The position numbers were made by a program, and so were the translations under genes. 42,928 nt of DNA, taken from Sarea resinae (lineage: Eukaryota). The stretch lies in contig JAPEUD010000024.1 in NCBI GenBank assembly GCA_026026165.1, positions 248,001 to 290,928 on the forward strand. The letters are read 5' to 3'. This document shows positions 1 through 12,086 of this stretch, one piece after another (the first letter of the stretch is position 1; the number at the start of each line of letters is the position of its first letter). A model generated the notes under the pieces. It had not been told where the DNA came from. It searched no databases and saw only the letters and a program-made list of their open reading frames with translations.

Positions 1-15
1 GCTTGTCCCGAACAG

Positions 16-506
16 ACTGGGAGACCATAACCTCGCACCACAATTTCATGGCCTCGCCGACCTACGGCCCTTTCGTAGCCGCTCTAGGTCCGCTCGTCAG
101 CGGCCCGCCCACGGTTTTCCACGCGGCCTTCAAGCCCTCGCCGCCCACGCCCGCCGTCTCCAACACCAGCTCCCCCGTGACAGAAGTGGTAACCTTCTAC
201 CTGCCGGCCTCGACGACGGCCGCGCAGAAGGAGTCCTGGGATAAGGACTGGGCGGCGTTCTCGGCGGAGATCGCAAAGGCGGACGGGGTCGCCGCCGGCA
301 TGATCGGTGGCTGGGTTGTCGAGGAGCAGGAGCGTGCCGACGTCGAAGGTGGAAAGGCCATCGCGTTCCAGGGTGTCATTGGCTGGCAGAGCGTCGAGGC
401 CCATCTGAAGTACAAGGAGACGGATGCATTCAAGAAGTATATTGCGCCGTTGAGGGAGCAGTGGAAGTCCGTGGATCTGTACCACGTGAGCTTCACCCAG
501 CATTGA
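16..506 (+). CDS. ABM/dimeric alpha-beta barrel domain protein, 3' exon only (5' part lies outside the window)
   Basis: Acceptor-like aacag at 11-15, then DWETITSHHNFMASPTYGPF and a second repeat GWQSVEAHLKYKETDAF; this duplicated W-x-S/T-x3-H pattern is typical of fungal tandem ABM proteins. Stop TGA 504-506. Confidence 0.75.
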
Positions 507-737
507 AGGTTGAAAGCGACTCAGCGGCCGGCATTGTCGAGGGGCAAGGTGTCTAAAATATGAGGGAGTGTGACTCCTTGGGTTCTTCCAATCGATCCGA
601 CAATAGATGAAAAGGGAAGATTGATCTTTTGTAGAGTGTCCGCATTCCACAGCAGCCATAGAAGCACATAGGAGCTCAAAGTAATCCAATTTATTGTACA
701 TTGAAAATTGCCCAGCCGACGAGAATGCTGCAAGTGT

Positions 738-2959
738 TTAACATTTCAGATTGATCCCCTCACGCAGCTCCTGCTGCCGGACCTCAAACATGACCTGCAC
801 CCCCACGAACAGCGCGCCGCAAGCACCGACCAAAAATACCAAACCTAGAGAGAAACTGAGATCAGTATTTTCGAAGCTACTCCGACCTGTGGCAAGCAAT
901 AAGACGCTGGGTACTCACCAGAATACGAGCCCGCAATACCGTCGATCAGCCCCTTCAAGCCATCCAAACCAACAGCAAAGCCCACCAGATTCGCCGCCAT
1001 CATCATGAGGATATTTCCCACCGCGCCAACACCACAGATCAGCCTGTAGGCCTCGGGATGGGTCCGCCATTTGCGTTTCGGGAACAGGTATGTGGCGAGG
1101 ATCTCGGGCAGGAAGAACAGAATGACCAGCCAGCCCCAGATCAGCAGCTTGAGGTTGATGTCGTGCCAGAGGGCGACGAAGGTAAAGACCGCGACGTAGT
1201 TGAGCACGGCTCGGACCTGGCCCCGTAAGCCCTTGTCGGCGCCGGGCCCGCCACTGCCGCCGAGCGGGATGTATATGTAGCGCACGATCCAGCGGTTGAA
1301 GCTGCGGTGCCAGCCGCGCCAGAAGGCCAGTGCCGAGTAGTTGTTCGACATGCACCGGACCATGTTCTCCGGCGGATCGACGCCATCCAGGAGAGCCCAG
1401 AAGCGGAAGAAGCGCCATGGGATGAGCAGCTTGAGCCAGATGATGTGCAGGTTGAAGTAGCCGAGCATGCTGAGCTGGAAGGGCGTGTAGACTTCCCAGG
1501 CGGGCTGGGCTTTGGAGATGGCCACGGCGTAGATGAAGTGCAGCATTATTTCCATGGTGAAAAGGGCGACGAGGAAACGGATGCCATAGAGGACAGTACG
1601 GCTGGTGGAGATGCTGGGAGGCGGATAGCGGAGTTGCGCGATGTAGTCGTTGAAGGTCAAGATGGGGCCTGTGAGGTAGAGCGGCGAATAGAGGACGTAT
1701 GCCAGGTAGTTGCGGAATGAATAGTCCGCTGGCTGTGCCGAGATACTGACGCGATCTCGCTCCGAGAGGTTGGAGGGATCGAGTTGTTTCTTCTTGTGCG
1801 CATGAGCTACGTCTAGGAAATGAAACGATCTAACCGGTTTACCACATACCTCAATGGGACTCCCTCCCCGATCATTCCGACTCCAATAGTAATCTAGGTT
1901 GAAGCTGATGAGTCTTAGTACCGTAATGTTGAATAGGATTTCCCATCGCGGCATGAGTCCGCCGAAGCTGTCCAGCCAAGCCCCCCAGCTTCCTTGCCCA
2001 GCTGTATCGACCAAGCCAGACCACCCGAGAAAGAAATTCTCCACCGAAGCAAATGGGTATCCTTGACAAAGCTCATTGGCGAATAATATGCCGATATTAA
2101 AGACCCAAGTGGCTGGAGGGACTTGCTGCTTAGGGAGACGCGTCGCTAATGCGTAATTAATGTAGAGAATGACGACAACCTTGATCGCGGAGAATCCGTG
2201 CAATGCACAAAGGAAGACGGCAGCAAATATAAGATCGAAAGAGATGCGCTGCTCCAGCCTTGCGTTTGCTGCAGCTGGCAGAGTCAAGGAAGAGTTCCTC
2301 GAGGAGGAGGGTTCTTTCGAGTCTGACGGGTGGGAGGAAATTGACCCTGAGCTGGCAGGGCGAATAGAATTGTACAGTCGTCGAAGAAGAGGATGGACGG
2401 CGATGACGATCAAGAGATAAGGGACGTTATTTCGGAACGACGAATACTGAACATCAGAGTTATCCTACAGTTCCAGCAACGCATCAAATTAGCCTTGGCC
2501 GTCATCCAATCTCGTATCGGTTGGGCGGCAGCAATGGTACATACAACTTTTCTTCCCAGGATCCAGCCGGGAGACAGCAAATGCTCAAACTTGGGGTAGT
2601 TCGGATGAGATGCTTGAGAGTGCAGCCGTCAGTAAATAGGCCTGATGCCATCGGACGGCGGACTCATGGCAGTGTCGAATACCTTTGGAGACATCGTACG
2701 GAACCCAGAACATCATCGGCACCACGATGAGGAACACGGCGTAGTAGACGTAGAACTCGGGCGTCCCCCATTTTGAAGGCGAAGCTCCATCGAGCCTGGG
2801 CTGGCTGCTACGAGCCTTGAGCTCTTCCTTGGGTGAGGGTCTTGCTGGGTCAATTCGAGCTTCGGACAGCTGTTTCTGCGGCGTTTTCGAAGAAGTGGTG
2901 AAGCGGGTGTCGAGGGTGTCGAGCGAATACAGTCGCCGGAGATAATAGGACACACTCAT
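738..2959 (-). CDS. GUP1: Glycerol uptake protein 1, MBOAT family O-acyltransferase; 5 exons: 2959-2683, 2612-2545, 2464-1850, 1792-919, 844-738
   Basis: Spliced product has [84 protein letters not shown] (catalytic His) and C-terminal VQVMFEVRQQELREGINLKC. All introns are GT-AG and keep frame. Confidence 0.95.
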
Positions 2960-3374
2960 GACAGCAACATGAGTCCATGTAATCCTTGGGAGATGCTCTT
3001 TTCATCTATTCATCATTGTCGTGATACCGGCCTCTGGAGCTCGGAAGCCGTCAAAGTAGACGACAGACGACGATCAGGGGAAAGGGTCTGGAGTCTTGGC
3101 GCTTCACTGGCACTGGACTGCGCGTAGTGTCGGTCATCGGCGGCTGAGCTCTGAGCTTAAAACTGAGCCGCAACACGGCTAAGATTTCGTCACGGATCAA
3201 AGACCAAGAACGCGCGCAACACCGTTCCAGACCCGCTCATCCCAGAGCGCATTCGAGTCGAGAGTCGAGATTCACGGTTGTTCAACATCTCTTCAATTGA
3301 CATCCACTTGCATCTTCTTCCCCACTGCGACTCAGGACTCTCGTGCTTGACTACATAACGCGCTCCAAGCCATC
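2960..3374. promoter_or_regulatory. Short divergent (probably bidirectional) promoter between GUP1 and ARP4
   Basis: 415 bp between two head-to-head start codons; inferred from gene orientation only. Confidence 0.5.
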
Positions 3375-5107
3375 ATGGCCGCGGTACAGAGTTCGGCGAT
3401 ACCGCCCTCCACCGCAGAATATGGCGGAGGTGAGACTCTGCCCCATCTCTTGCTTCTTCGATTACATCTAACGCCGTCGTGCATCAGACGAAGTAGCAGC
3501 CATCGTCCTCGACCCGGGATACTCGTGCACGCGTGCCGGGTTCGCAGGTGAAGATGTTCCCAAATCGGTCATCCCATCCTACTACGGTTCCATTCCCTCG
3601 GACTCGGGCGAACGCAAACTGCTCTTTGGCGACAACTCTGTCCACACTCCCTTTCCCGGCATGGAGATTTCGAATTACATGTCCAAAGACGGCACGGTCG
3701 AAGACTGGGACACGGCGACCAAGCTGTGGGAATACGCCATCACGTCGCGACTGACGAGCGGGAAGCAAGGGGACCCAGCTCGAAATGGCCTCAATGATCC
3801 GATGGAGAACAAGGATCTAGACGTCGAGATGGAAGGCGTGGAGGAGAGTGAGAAGGCACTGGAGGATAACCCGCTGCTGATGACCGAGACGGGCTGGAAC
3901 TCGGGCAAGGCGAGGGAGAAGGCTATTGAGATCGCGATCGAGAGTTTCGGCTGCCCTGCATTCTGGCTTGGGCGGAATGGGGTACTATCAGCGTATGCGC
4001 CTCTCAGTTTGAATCCTTCTAGGTGTTCCGCTCATCCAACTGACAATGCTACAGCTTCGCGGCCGGCAAAGCCTCGGCCCTCGTCATTGACGTCGGCGCC
4101 TCCAACGTCTCCGTGACCCCCGTCCACGACGGCCTCGTCCTCAAAAAGGGCGTCATCCGGTCGCCTCTGGCCGGCAACTACGTGTCGGACCAACTACGTG
4201 TGCTCTTCTCGACCTCTACGCCTCCCATCCAGCTCACACCGCACTACCTCATCTCGTCCAAGAGCCCCGTTGAAGCCGGCGCCGTGGCCCAAGCAACTTA
4301 CAAGACCTTTGCCAACCCGCCGAGCGACTCGTTCCGCCGGTTCCAAGAAGAGCGCGTCCTCGCCGAGTTCAAAGAATCCGTCGTGCAGGTGTGGGCCGGC
4401 CCAGGCCGTCTCAAAGGCAGCTCCACGGCCACCAGCGATCCGACGCAGCAACCGCCGGCCGCCACGACATCAGCACCATCCACCTCCGCCGGCGGCGCCG
4501 CGCAGCAACAGCCATCGACAAGCACGACCGGCACGATCAACGAAGACATCGCGCGGTCCATGCCGGGTCGGCCGTTCGAGTTCCCCGACGGCACGAACGC
4601 CATGTTCACGAACACGCGGTTCCAGCCGGCCGAATCGCTCTTCGACCACACGGCATACATTGCGCCGTCATCATCGTCAGCACCGTCCGCGTCGTCGTCG
4701 TTTCCGGCTCCGTCGCCATCCCAGACCCTGCCGGCCATGATCCAGAACTCGCTCAACGCCGTCGACGTCGACATCCGGCCGCACCTCCTCTCCAACGTCG
4801 TCGTGACGGGCGGCACCAGTCTGCTGTACGGCTTCACGGACCGGCTAAACAGCGAGCTCATGGCGCTGTACCCGGGCCCGCGCGTGCGGCTGGCGGCGCC
4901 GGGCAATACGGCCGAACGGCGATTCGGGAGCTGGATCGGCGGCAGCGTCCTGGGTAGTCTGGGGGCCTTTCACCAGGTATATCTTCCTCTCCTTCTTCTC
5001 TTGTCTCTTCCAAGCACCCATACGCTAACGTCCCGACGCAGATGTGGATCAGCAAGAAGGAATACGAAGAGCACGGCGCGGGGATCGTAGAGAAACGATG
5101 CAAATGA
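3375..5107 (+). CDS. ARP4: Actin-related protein 4 (NuA4/INO80/SWR1 subunit); exons 3375-3429, 3488-3992, 4055-4976, 5042-5107
   Basis: [98 protein letters not shown]; three GT-AG introns restore frame. Confidence 0.93.
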
Positions 5108-6680
5108 ACTTTCCTTCCTTTCTCTCTACCCTACCCGCCCCTCCCTTCTTTCGTTATGCTGTACCCCTTCCGGCTAAACGCGCCCGCATACCCATCTCTC
5201 ACCAAATCAACCCCAAAACCCTGCTTTTCCTTTCTAAAAAGAAAGCCCTCTCTTCGCCCCCACCACCCCCGTCCCTCCCAAACCCTGCAGTCCTCAAAGA
5301 TCCATCCCGTGCCATGTCAGGGAGTCAAGGCGCGCATTCTTTTTTCTTTCTTTCTTTCTTTCCTTCTTTCTTTACTTCTGTGTCTCCCCGTCGGCGTTAC
5401 GTCTGTTTTCCCCCTTCTTTTTCTTTTTCTTCTCCTTTTTTTTCTTTTACTTCTCCCTCATATCATGGCTCAGGCACGTAGGGAAAGGAGCGGGCAGGGG
5501 GCAGGGAACCAGGGTCGGGGCTTCGATGGGATAGGATAGGATGGTTGGGCTGACCTGAGGTGGTAGATAAATGGGGATAGGGGTGACGGTGTCGTGATGA
5601 CCGGATCCGGGGGGGTATGTGTAGGTAGGTAGTTATACTGCTTTTCTGCCTGCCTATTTTCTCTTCTTAGCTAGGAAACTACCTGTCTACCTACCTGTCT
5701 ACCTCCCTCTTGAACCACCTCTCTCCTAACCTATCTCATATACCTACCTACCTACCTATCTCACCTACCTCCCTGTGACCTAGGCAGTCTAGAGTAAAGT
5801 AGAGTAAAGTAAATCAGATGCCTTTTTATTAGTTCCTAAAAGAAGAAGAAGAAGAAGGCGAAAGCAAAAGCAGAGAGATAGAGAGATAGGTACCTAGGTA
5901 CCTAGGTAGCACTAAAACTCAACTTCTACACTAGTAACACCACTCACTACCTACCTACTAACTCTCTAAACTCTACCTGGATATAGACATTATTATAACA
6001 CTAGATATATACATATTTCTCTCTTTTTCTCGGTCCAGGTTTCTGTTATTTTTGTGTCTAGCTGGAGCACTAACTTACTTCTAGCTAGGTAGGTAGAGAA
6101 GATAAGACTAGACTTGACTAGTAGACTGCTAACTACTAGTAGTAGGTAGGTAGGTAGGTAAGGTAAAAAGGTAGGTAGGACGTAGGTAGGCAAGTAGACA
6201 GGTAGGTAGGCAGGTAGGTATGTAGCGTACTAGAGGGGTGGTAAGAAGAAGTAAGTAGGTACAGAGAATAAGAAGATAAGGAGAAAAGGTACCTAGACAA
6301 CTAAAGAGAAGAGAGAACAAGAAAGGGAAAGAAGAGAAGAGAAGAGAAGAGAAAGGAGGAGAAGAGAAGAGAAGGGAAGAGAAAGAAGACGGAAAAAGAA
6401 GACGGAAAAAGAAGACGAAAAAAGAAGACGGAAAAGTGGTATAATAGCCTTGAATGCACAGATAGAAAAGAGAGCCACGCCAGAGCCATGTAAAAAGCAT
6501 CGATAGAGAGAAAAGTCGAACGGGAAGAAAGGAGATGGATAGGAGCTGGATAGCCAAGTGAGATCTGTGTAGATGCTAAGATGCCAGGATGTTAAGATGC
6601 CAAGGGACGGGTGTCAGGATGACAAGATGTCAAGATGTCGCGGATAGATGCAAGATATGTGAAGATAGACGGCGCCTTGA
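5108..6680. repeat. Low-complexity/microsatellite island between convergent genes
   Basis: CT-rich tract ~5340-5460, (TACC)n ~5680-5770, (GGTA)n ~6140-6220, (GAGAA)n ~6330-6375, ~4 copies of GGAAAAAGAAGAC ~6381-6435, degenerate AGATGYYA repeats ~6570-6660. Confidence 0.9.
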
Positions 6681-6805
6681 GAAGCCAAAGAAAAAAAGAT
6701 CAGTGTCACGAGCCTCCCTTCTCGGAGATGGTCGTGCATGTCGAAAGTGGATTTTTCGAAGACGAGGGATGGCGCTCTAGGACGAAGATATCAGTATGGG
6801 TACTT

Positions 6806-8805
6806 CTACGCGACAGGGACGCTATGACCTAAGGTGAATGAGGGCGAGTAAGGATGGTGTGGAGGATACGACCTGAAAAAAGCAACTTACTATGGAACAG
6901 ACTCTTCAAACTCTCCAGACTGAGCTTCTTCCGCGTATGTCCCGCCCTCTTCCCCCCTGTACCATCGCCCCCGGCTCCGGCACTGCCAGGCTTAGGTAAC
7001 GCGGTGATGGAACCCCGTTTCCCCCCGTCAGTGCCTGATGCCGTCGAAGACGCAAGAGGCGATCCCTTTAGCATGGAGTGCGCACCTGACCGCGGCGGTC
7101 CGGGAGACCCTAGTGGAGAACCGGGAAACATGTCGGGGGGCGTGACGACGATTTTCTCCGAGGAAAAGGTAGAGGCGTAGGCTGAGTCGGAGCGACTATT
7201 GTTGTTATTACTATTATTGCTGTTGAAATCAGGGGGACGGGAGAATGGCGAGAGGGGTTCGATCGGCGAGCGTGGCAGTGATTTGTCGCCTCGGAGGTTC
7301 GGGTGCGACTGGGATTGGCGATGGCTGGAGAGGCCCTGGTGCGGCTTGTTTTGGATGGTGCTTGTGCTGCTGTGGCGCGAATGGGCGAGTGTGATCTCCG
7401 GCGCTTGATAGGGTGGGATCTTGAGAGGTTGGCGGGGTTTTGGGCGGAGCTTTTTGGTGGGAGGGTCGCGTTGCGTTGTGCTTGCAGCGGGCTGTGGCGA
7501 GTGCGAACGTTGTTTCGCGGGTTTTCGCTCCGTTTGGGAGGGTTGAGGTGAGGGTGATTTGGAAGAACTTCGTTTCTGTTGCCTGGATTGTTGACGCTGT
7601 TCAGGAATCTGAACCAGACGGGGTTTGGGGACTTCGAGATGGGCGGGGGAGAGGCGGTCTTTGGGAGTCTGAAGATTCGACGGCGCGCGAATGGAGTTGC
7701 GGGCGCTGGAAGCTGGGGTGGAACGAGCAGGTGTGGATTTTGCCATGTCTTGGGAAGTTGGAGGCCGGCTTGAGGGCTGATATCATGTTAGATGGTGTTT
7801 GTTCCCCGGAGCGTCAGGCCGCCTCAGGGCCAGTCAACATACCCGATGCCGCCTGCTGGCGATACCAGCTCGGCGCTGCATTTCCCCTACGATGCTCCCT
7901 AGCTGGATCAAGGCCACCCCAAGTTTATTGCCCTTTTTCTGCAATGCCACAAAGGCCTTGCACCAGCCATGCGCATTGCCTCTCATGGCTGTGTAGACAC
8001 TGAGTAACTCCTCGCTCGCGTGCTCCCATGTCCCATCCAGACTCCGAAGATAATTGGCAAACTCCGTGGCTGCAGCCAGACCCTTCTGCACGTCCTTAAG
8101 CGCATTGTCCATGGCCGCCGCGGTCCTATTGATGATATGCTCGATGTTCTCGTTCCCCTCGACAATCGAGTTTCGAAATTTCCGGTCGTCAAGCATGGTG
8201 TCGAAGACATCGGCGTGCTCCAGCGGCAGCCGTAGGTATTCGATCCGTCCTCGGACGTCTTGCAGCGCCAGCTCGAAGTCCTCGGTCGTGGCCGCCAGAA
8301 ACCTGTCGATGCCATCCACGTGCGTCTGCAGCACATCAATGACCTCTTCATCCGACTTGGACAGGTGTTGGTGCAGCAGATGAATGCCAAAGGATAATTG
8401 AGCGACCTGTTTCCAGAGCGGATGGAACTGGCCCACCGGCATCGATCCCTTGGCCTTGGAAGCATTGACGGCCTGATGCGAGTCCAGCTCGAAGAGTTTC
8501 CGTCGCCGTGCAGCGGCATCTAGGTCCCTCGAGGATGCTCGAGCTGAGCGTTGGCGATGACCGCGGGCCATCTCGACCATGGACTCCTCGAACGGGCCTT
8601 GCATACATGGCACCGGGTGCACGGGAGCGTCGTCGGCCATTGCAACCATCGAGTCTCGTCGATCATCCTCCTCCCTGTTTGGGTTCTCCGTTTCGGTCTC
8701 GTTCTCGTTCTCGTTCTCGTCTTCTGTCGTGGCGGACGAGAGGCGGGTCAACGGTTCATGGGGCATGGGCGCATCGTATGAAAGTGCCATACCGGGGTCT
8801 CTCAT
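6806..8805 (-). CDS. Conserved fungal hypothetical protein (helical N-terminal domain, disordered S/P/Q-rich C-terminus); exons 8805-7843, 7776-6891, 6828-6806
   Basis: The 323-aa and 305-aa ORFs join in frame via intron 7842-7777 (gtatgt...ctaac...cag). A final gtaagt...tag intron (6890-6829) gives ...SHSVPVA*. Start context caccATG. Block FHPLWKQVAQLSFGIHLL...LRLPLEH looks like a folded domain; function unknown. Confidence 0.75.
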
Positions 8806-9815
8806 GGTGCGCCGGAATTATGCGTTATGCTCTTACGCCGATCCCCAGGCTGTCAGGGATAGGATGGATACAATGCAATGCAGTGCACAGCCCGGAGCCG
8901 TGATGCAGATCAAGCTGGCCCCGGTCACGCCCAGATGGCCAACACAGACGGCGAGATCGTTGATTCATTCATCGGGCAATGTTGGAAATCGTGAACAGGT
9001 TCAGTACGAATGGTGGTAGGTAAGGCAAGTAGACAATTCTCTCGCTCCTACTAACCACGAAGCTTACGATGTGCGGTGCTCCCTTACCGGCATGCCGACC
9101 ACGAGCAGAAGGGGAAGCAGGGGAGAAGAATGGAACGCAGGACCTCTCTACGGTCTAAGGTCCAAATACTTCGCTTTCGCTTTCGGCACAGCGGTGTAAC
9201 CACGATGTGAAGCACGCGTCAGTGACAGTGACGGTCGTGGTAGTGAGGGGCTATTCATCATCCGTTCGGCCATACATAGTACGATGGCACTCTACCTCAA
9301 ACAGACACGCCCGGGCTAGGGCGCAAGGCCGTCAGAGATGCGCTGCTTCTAGAAGTCGGCGGTGAGGGTGCACTGATGAGGATTCGCGGATTCGCGGATA
9401 ATCAGTTCCTGGCCGGATCTAGCGGCGTCTCGATTCTGGAGTACTGAGTAGTACTGAGTAGTAGTGCCTTTTCAGGGGCGGTAGTTCGCATGCGATGCAT
9501 TCAGGGGCAAGATAAGCGTTGCCAAGCGTTGCTGGCATTGATGACAGGACCGTATTACTACGTACATAGTAGTAGTCCGTGTTGACCCTAGAGACTTCCC
9601 TCCTGCGTACACCTCCGGTCACCTGCTCCGTACCTTACGGTAGCGATGATTACTGAGACGGCTAGCCGTGGATTGTTCGAGGTTCTTGGTAGAAACTATC
9701 GATGGGCATCGTTCTGGCAAAGAAAAGCATCGATGCTATGATCACTGTGGCTCGCGCAATGGATCCTATGTAGATGCAATAGCGACGAAAGAGATATGCC
9801 CGTCTATGTAGCTCT

Positions 9816-11455
9816 TCACCACCCTCTCCATCTCACCCATATATCTACAATCCGATCGGGGTCCAAGTCGGAATCAACCACAAAATACCAGCCGAACCCG
9901 GCGCCTGCGATGCACGCATGGTTCGGCCAAACTCTCAACTTCTTTCCCACTTCCAGCTCATGCGCCTCTCCCGATCCTTCCCAGCTGAGTATGCCGTGTT
10001 CCTGGGAGATACGGCCAACGATCCAGCCGTTCCCGCCCTCGAGGTACGAAGTATAACCCTCTGTCATATTCCAAGGTGTGATGACTCCCCAGCCGGGATA
10101 CGCTTTGCACGGCTCTCGCCCCAGCGCAAGATTGCCGGCTGCGATGAGAGCTTCAGGCTTGCTGCGCTTCGGATACAAGCTAGCCACTTCGACTAAGATC
10201 GTCAAGGCAATATTCGACGTGCTCAGGGAATGATAGTTTGCATCATTCGGCAAGACTTCCGGTCGAGCGTGCGTGGCCAACTGCTGGAGGTCGAGAAGCG
10301 TATAGACCCCCGCATGAAGGTCGACATCGACCTTCTTTTGCATACGCTCGATGGTAGATATGAGGGTACTTGTCTGGACTTCAACATCCCTCAGGCTGAA
10401 GTTCTGGGCCGACGTTGCCGTTGGGGTTGCACCAACAGACACTTTTAGTCGTCGATTAGCAAAATAGACGTCCTTCAAGACCCTTTCTGCAGCTGCTTCG
10501 GAGTTTTTCAATTCCTGTATCAATAGATCCATGGCCGCTGCTGGCGAGTCGCCCCCGTAGCTATGGCCCGCATGGCTATAGAAGCCTGCCAGCCGTCCAT
10601 TCTTGCTAGCCTCAGCCGCTTTGATCACTGGAAGAAGGTCGGTCAGCTCGTCTGATTCCAGTGGATCCACACCTGATCGGTGGTAGCCAGTATCCAATTT
10701 GATGTGTAATCTCAAACAGACATCCGAGCCTTCGTCTGGTTTGTACTTGATGAGCTCGAGGAGCTGGGAAGGATGATCGATCAGAACTCCAATGTGGCCA
10801 TTGGATAGCCTTTGTGCAATAGTGAACAGCCGGGGGATGTTCGAAGGTGCTAGAGGCACTCCATATACAATCTAATCGGAGTGATGAGCCACATTCGGAG
10901 GATACAGATGTCGAGGATTCACCTACTTCAATGTCTTCTGTATCGCTTGGGAATTCACGAAGCAATGGCAGCAGATGCTCTGCTTCTGCTAGAGTTGAAA
11001 CGACGAGTCCAACTGAGCGATCTTTCAAGGCCTCGAAGGGATTAGGCTGGGCGCGTCGTATCCCAAGTTGAAGACAAGTCAATTCATCAGTCTACCATAA
11101 GGATACTCTAGTCAGTCACGCGGGCACCTAAGGTAATGAGACCGAGCCCAGCTTGGAGCATGGTGATGAGCAAGCCATACGAGGTTACGGATGGCATGGA
11201 AAAGAAACGCAGCGAATGCCAGAATCCGCACAGCTACCGTACCTTGTGAGTCTTCACATGAGGCCTGAAGGCGACATTCAATACCCGCGCCGCTTGCCGC
11301 ATCTGATCACAATTCCTGCGGGCTTTCGCAACATCGATGATGGCGGCGGGCGTGGGAATGTCGTGCAAGGACTTGCCCGCGTAGATGTCTTTCAGCTTGT
11401 CTACCGATGGGGCGGGGTAGAGAAAGTCGCTCGAAGGGTGCATTTGAGGATCCAT
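9816..11455 (-). CDS. DSD1: D-serine dehydratase (fold-type III PLP enzyme, alanine-racemase-like N-terminus); exons 11455-11243, 11091-10927, 10871-9816
   Basis: IPTPAAIID, FRPHVKTHK (PLP lysine), VSTLAEAE, IKLDTGYHRSGV, FYSHAGHSY, SVGATPT, HAGVY, GRISQEHG, WPNHACI (metal ligands); introns 11242-11092 and 10926-10872 restore frame. Confidence 0.9.
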
Positions 11456-12077
11456 GTGGGAACGGAGACGACTGTGCGATGAATGAAGCAGAGTTTATTT
11501 ACTGTTATTATTGATGCAGCAGATGCAGCATGGATTCATTACGATGCGGAGTTGGCTGTGGACCTGAACGCAATGGAAAATGCCCAAATCGACCTCGGTC
11601 AATCGTTTTGCCGAAGAAGATTGTGACGACCCCGAGTCCCTCTTGAAGTACTGCAGCGCTGGAGGTCATCGTCACTTGGATCACCAACCTGGAATGCCCG
11701 CACAGCGGGCGGATCAATGGAATCGAACACCAAAAGGCTTGATCGATGGCTTCACCGTGGGGCTACTTCGTACGTTGGCATCTTACTGTTATATCCACAC
11801 GGCTCTGCGGCCAGTCGAGCACCTTGCAGCTTGTCCTTCGCTCTGTACGCCGTACTCTGTACCTGAACGTTACACCAGAGATAAGGATCTGAGAAGAGTC
11901 GCTAGTGGCCCATCGAGAAGATCAGGGCAAGCGTGGGGGCAGCTCCGATCAACGGATGGGACATCCAGGCTGCTATCAGCATGCTCGAAGATCGATGTGA
12001 GAAAGAGCAGAACATTCAAACTCTTCCCAGAAATGATGACAGGAGGAATTGATATCGATGAATTGAGTCTTTCCAAG

Positions 12078-12086
12078 TCCGCGGAG
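12078..12086. promoter_or_regulatory. NirA/NIT4-type nitrate-induction site (TCCGCGGAG)
   Basis: Contains the NIT4 palindrome TCCGCGGA and, on the reverse strand, the NirA consensus CTCCGHGG; upstream of a nitrate transporter. Confidence 0.7.

Noticed and set aside
4194..4957. Several 85-200 aa overlapping or antisense ORFs over ARP4 (similarly over GUP1, nrtA, APC2, DHR2, the GTPase)
   Set aside because: Shadow ORFs caused by high GC3 in a recognised gene; no motifs of their own.
5044..6557. F/S/L-rich 'membrane protein' ORFs
   Set aside because: Translations of CT and TACC microsatellites.
11092..11242. Possible stwintron or recursive splice in the 151-nt DSD1 intron (internal ctcat...ttag followed by gt)
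   Set aside because: The following gtgccc is a poor donor and the remaining piece is only ~36 nt; one conventional intron explains the frame.
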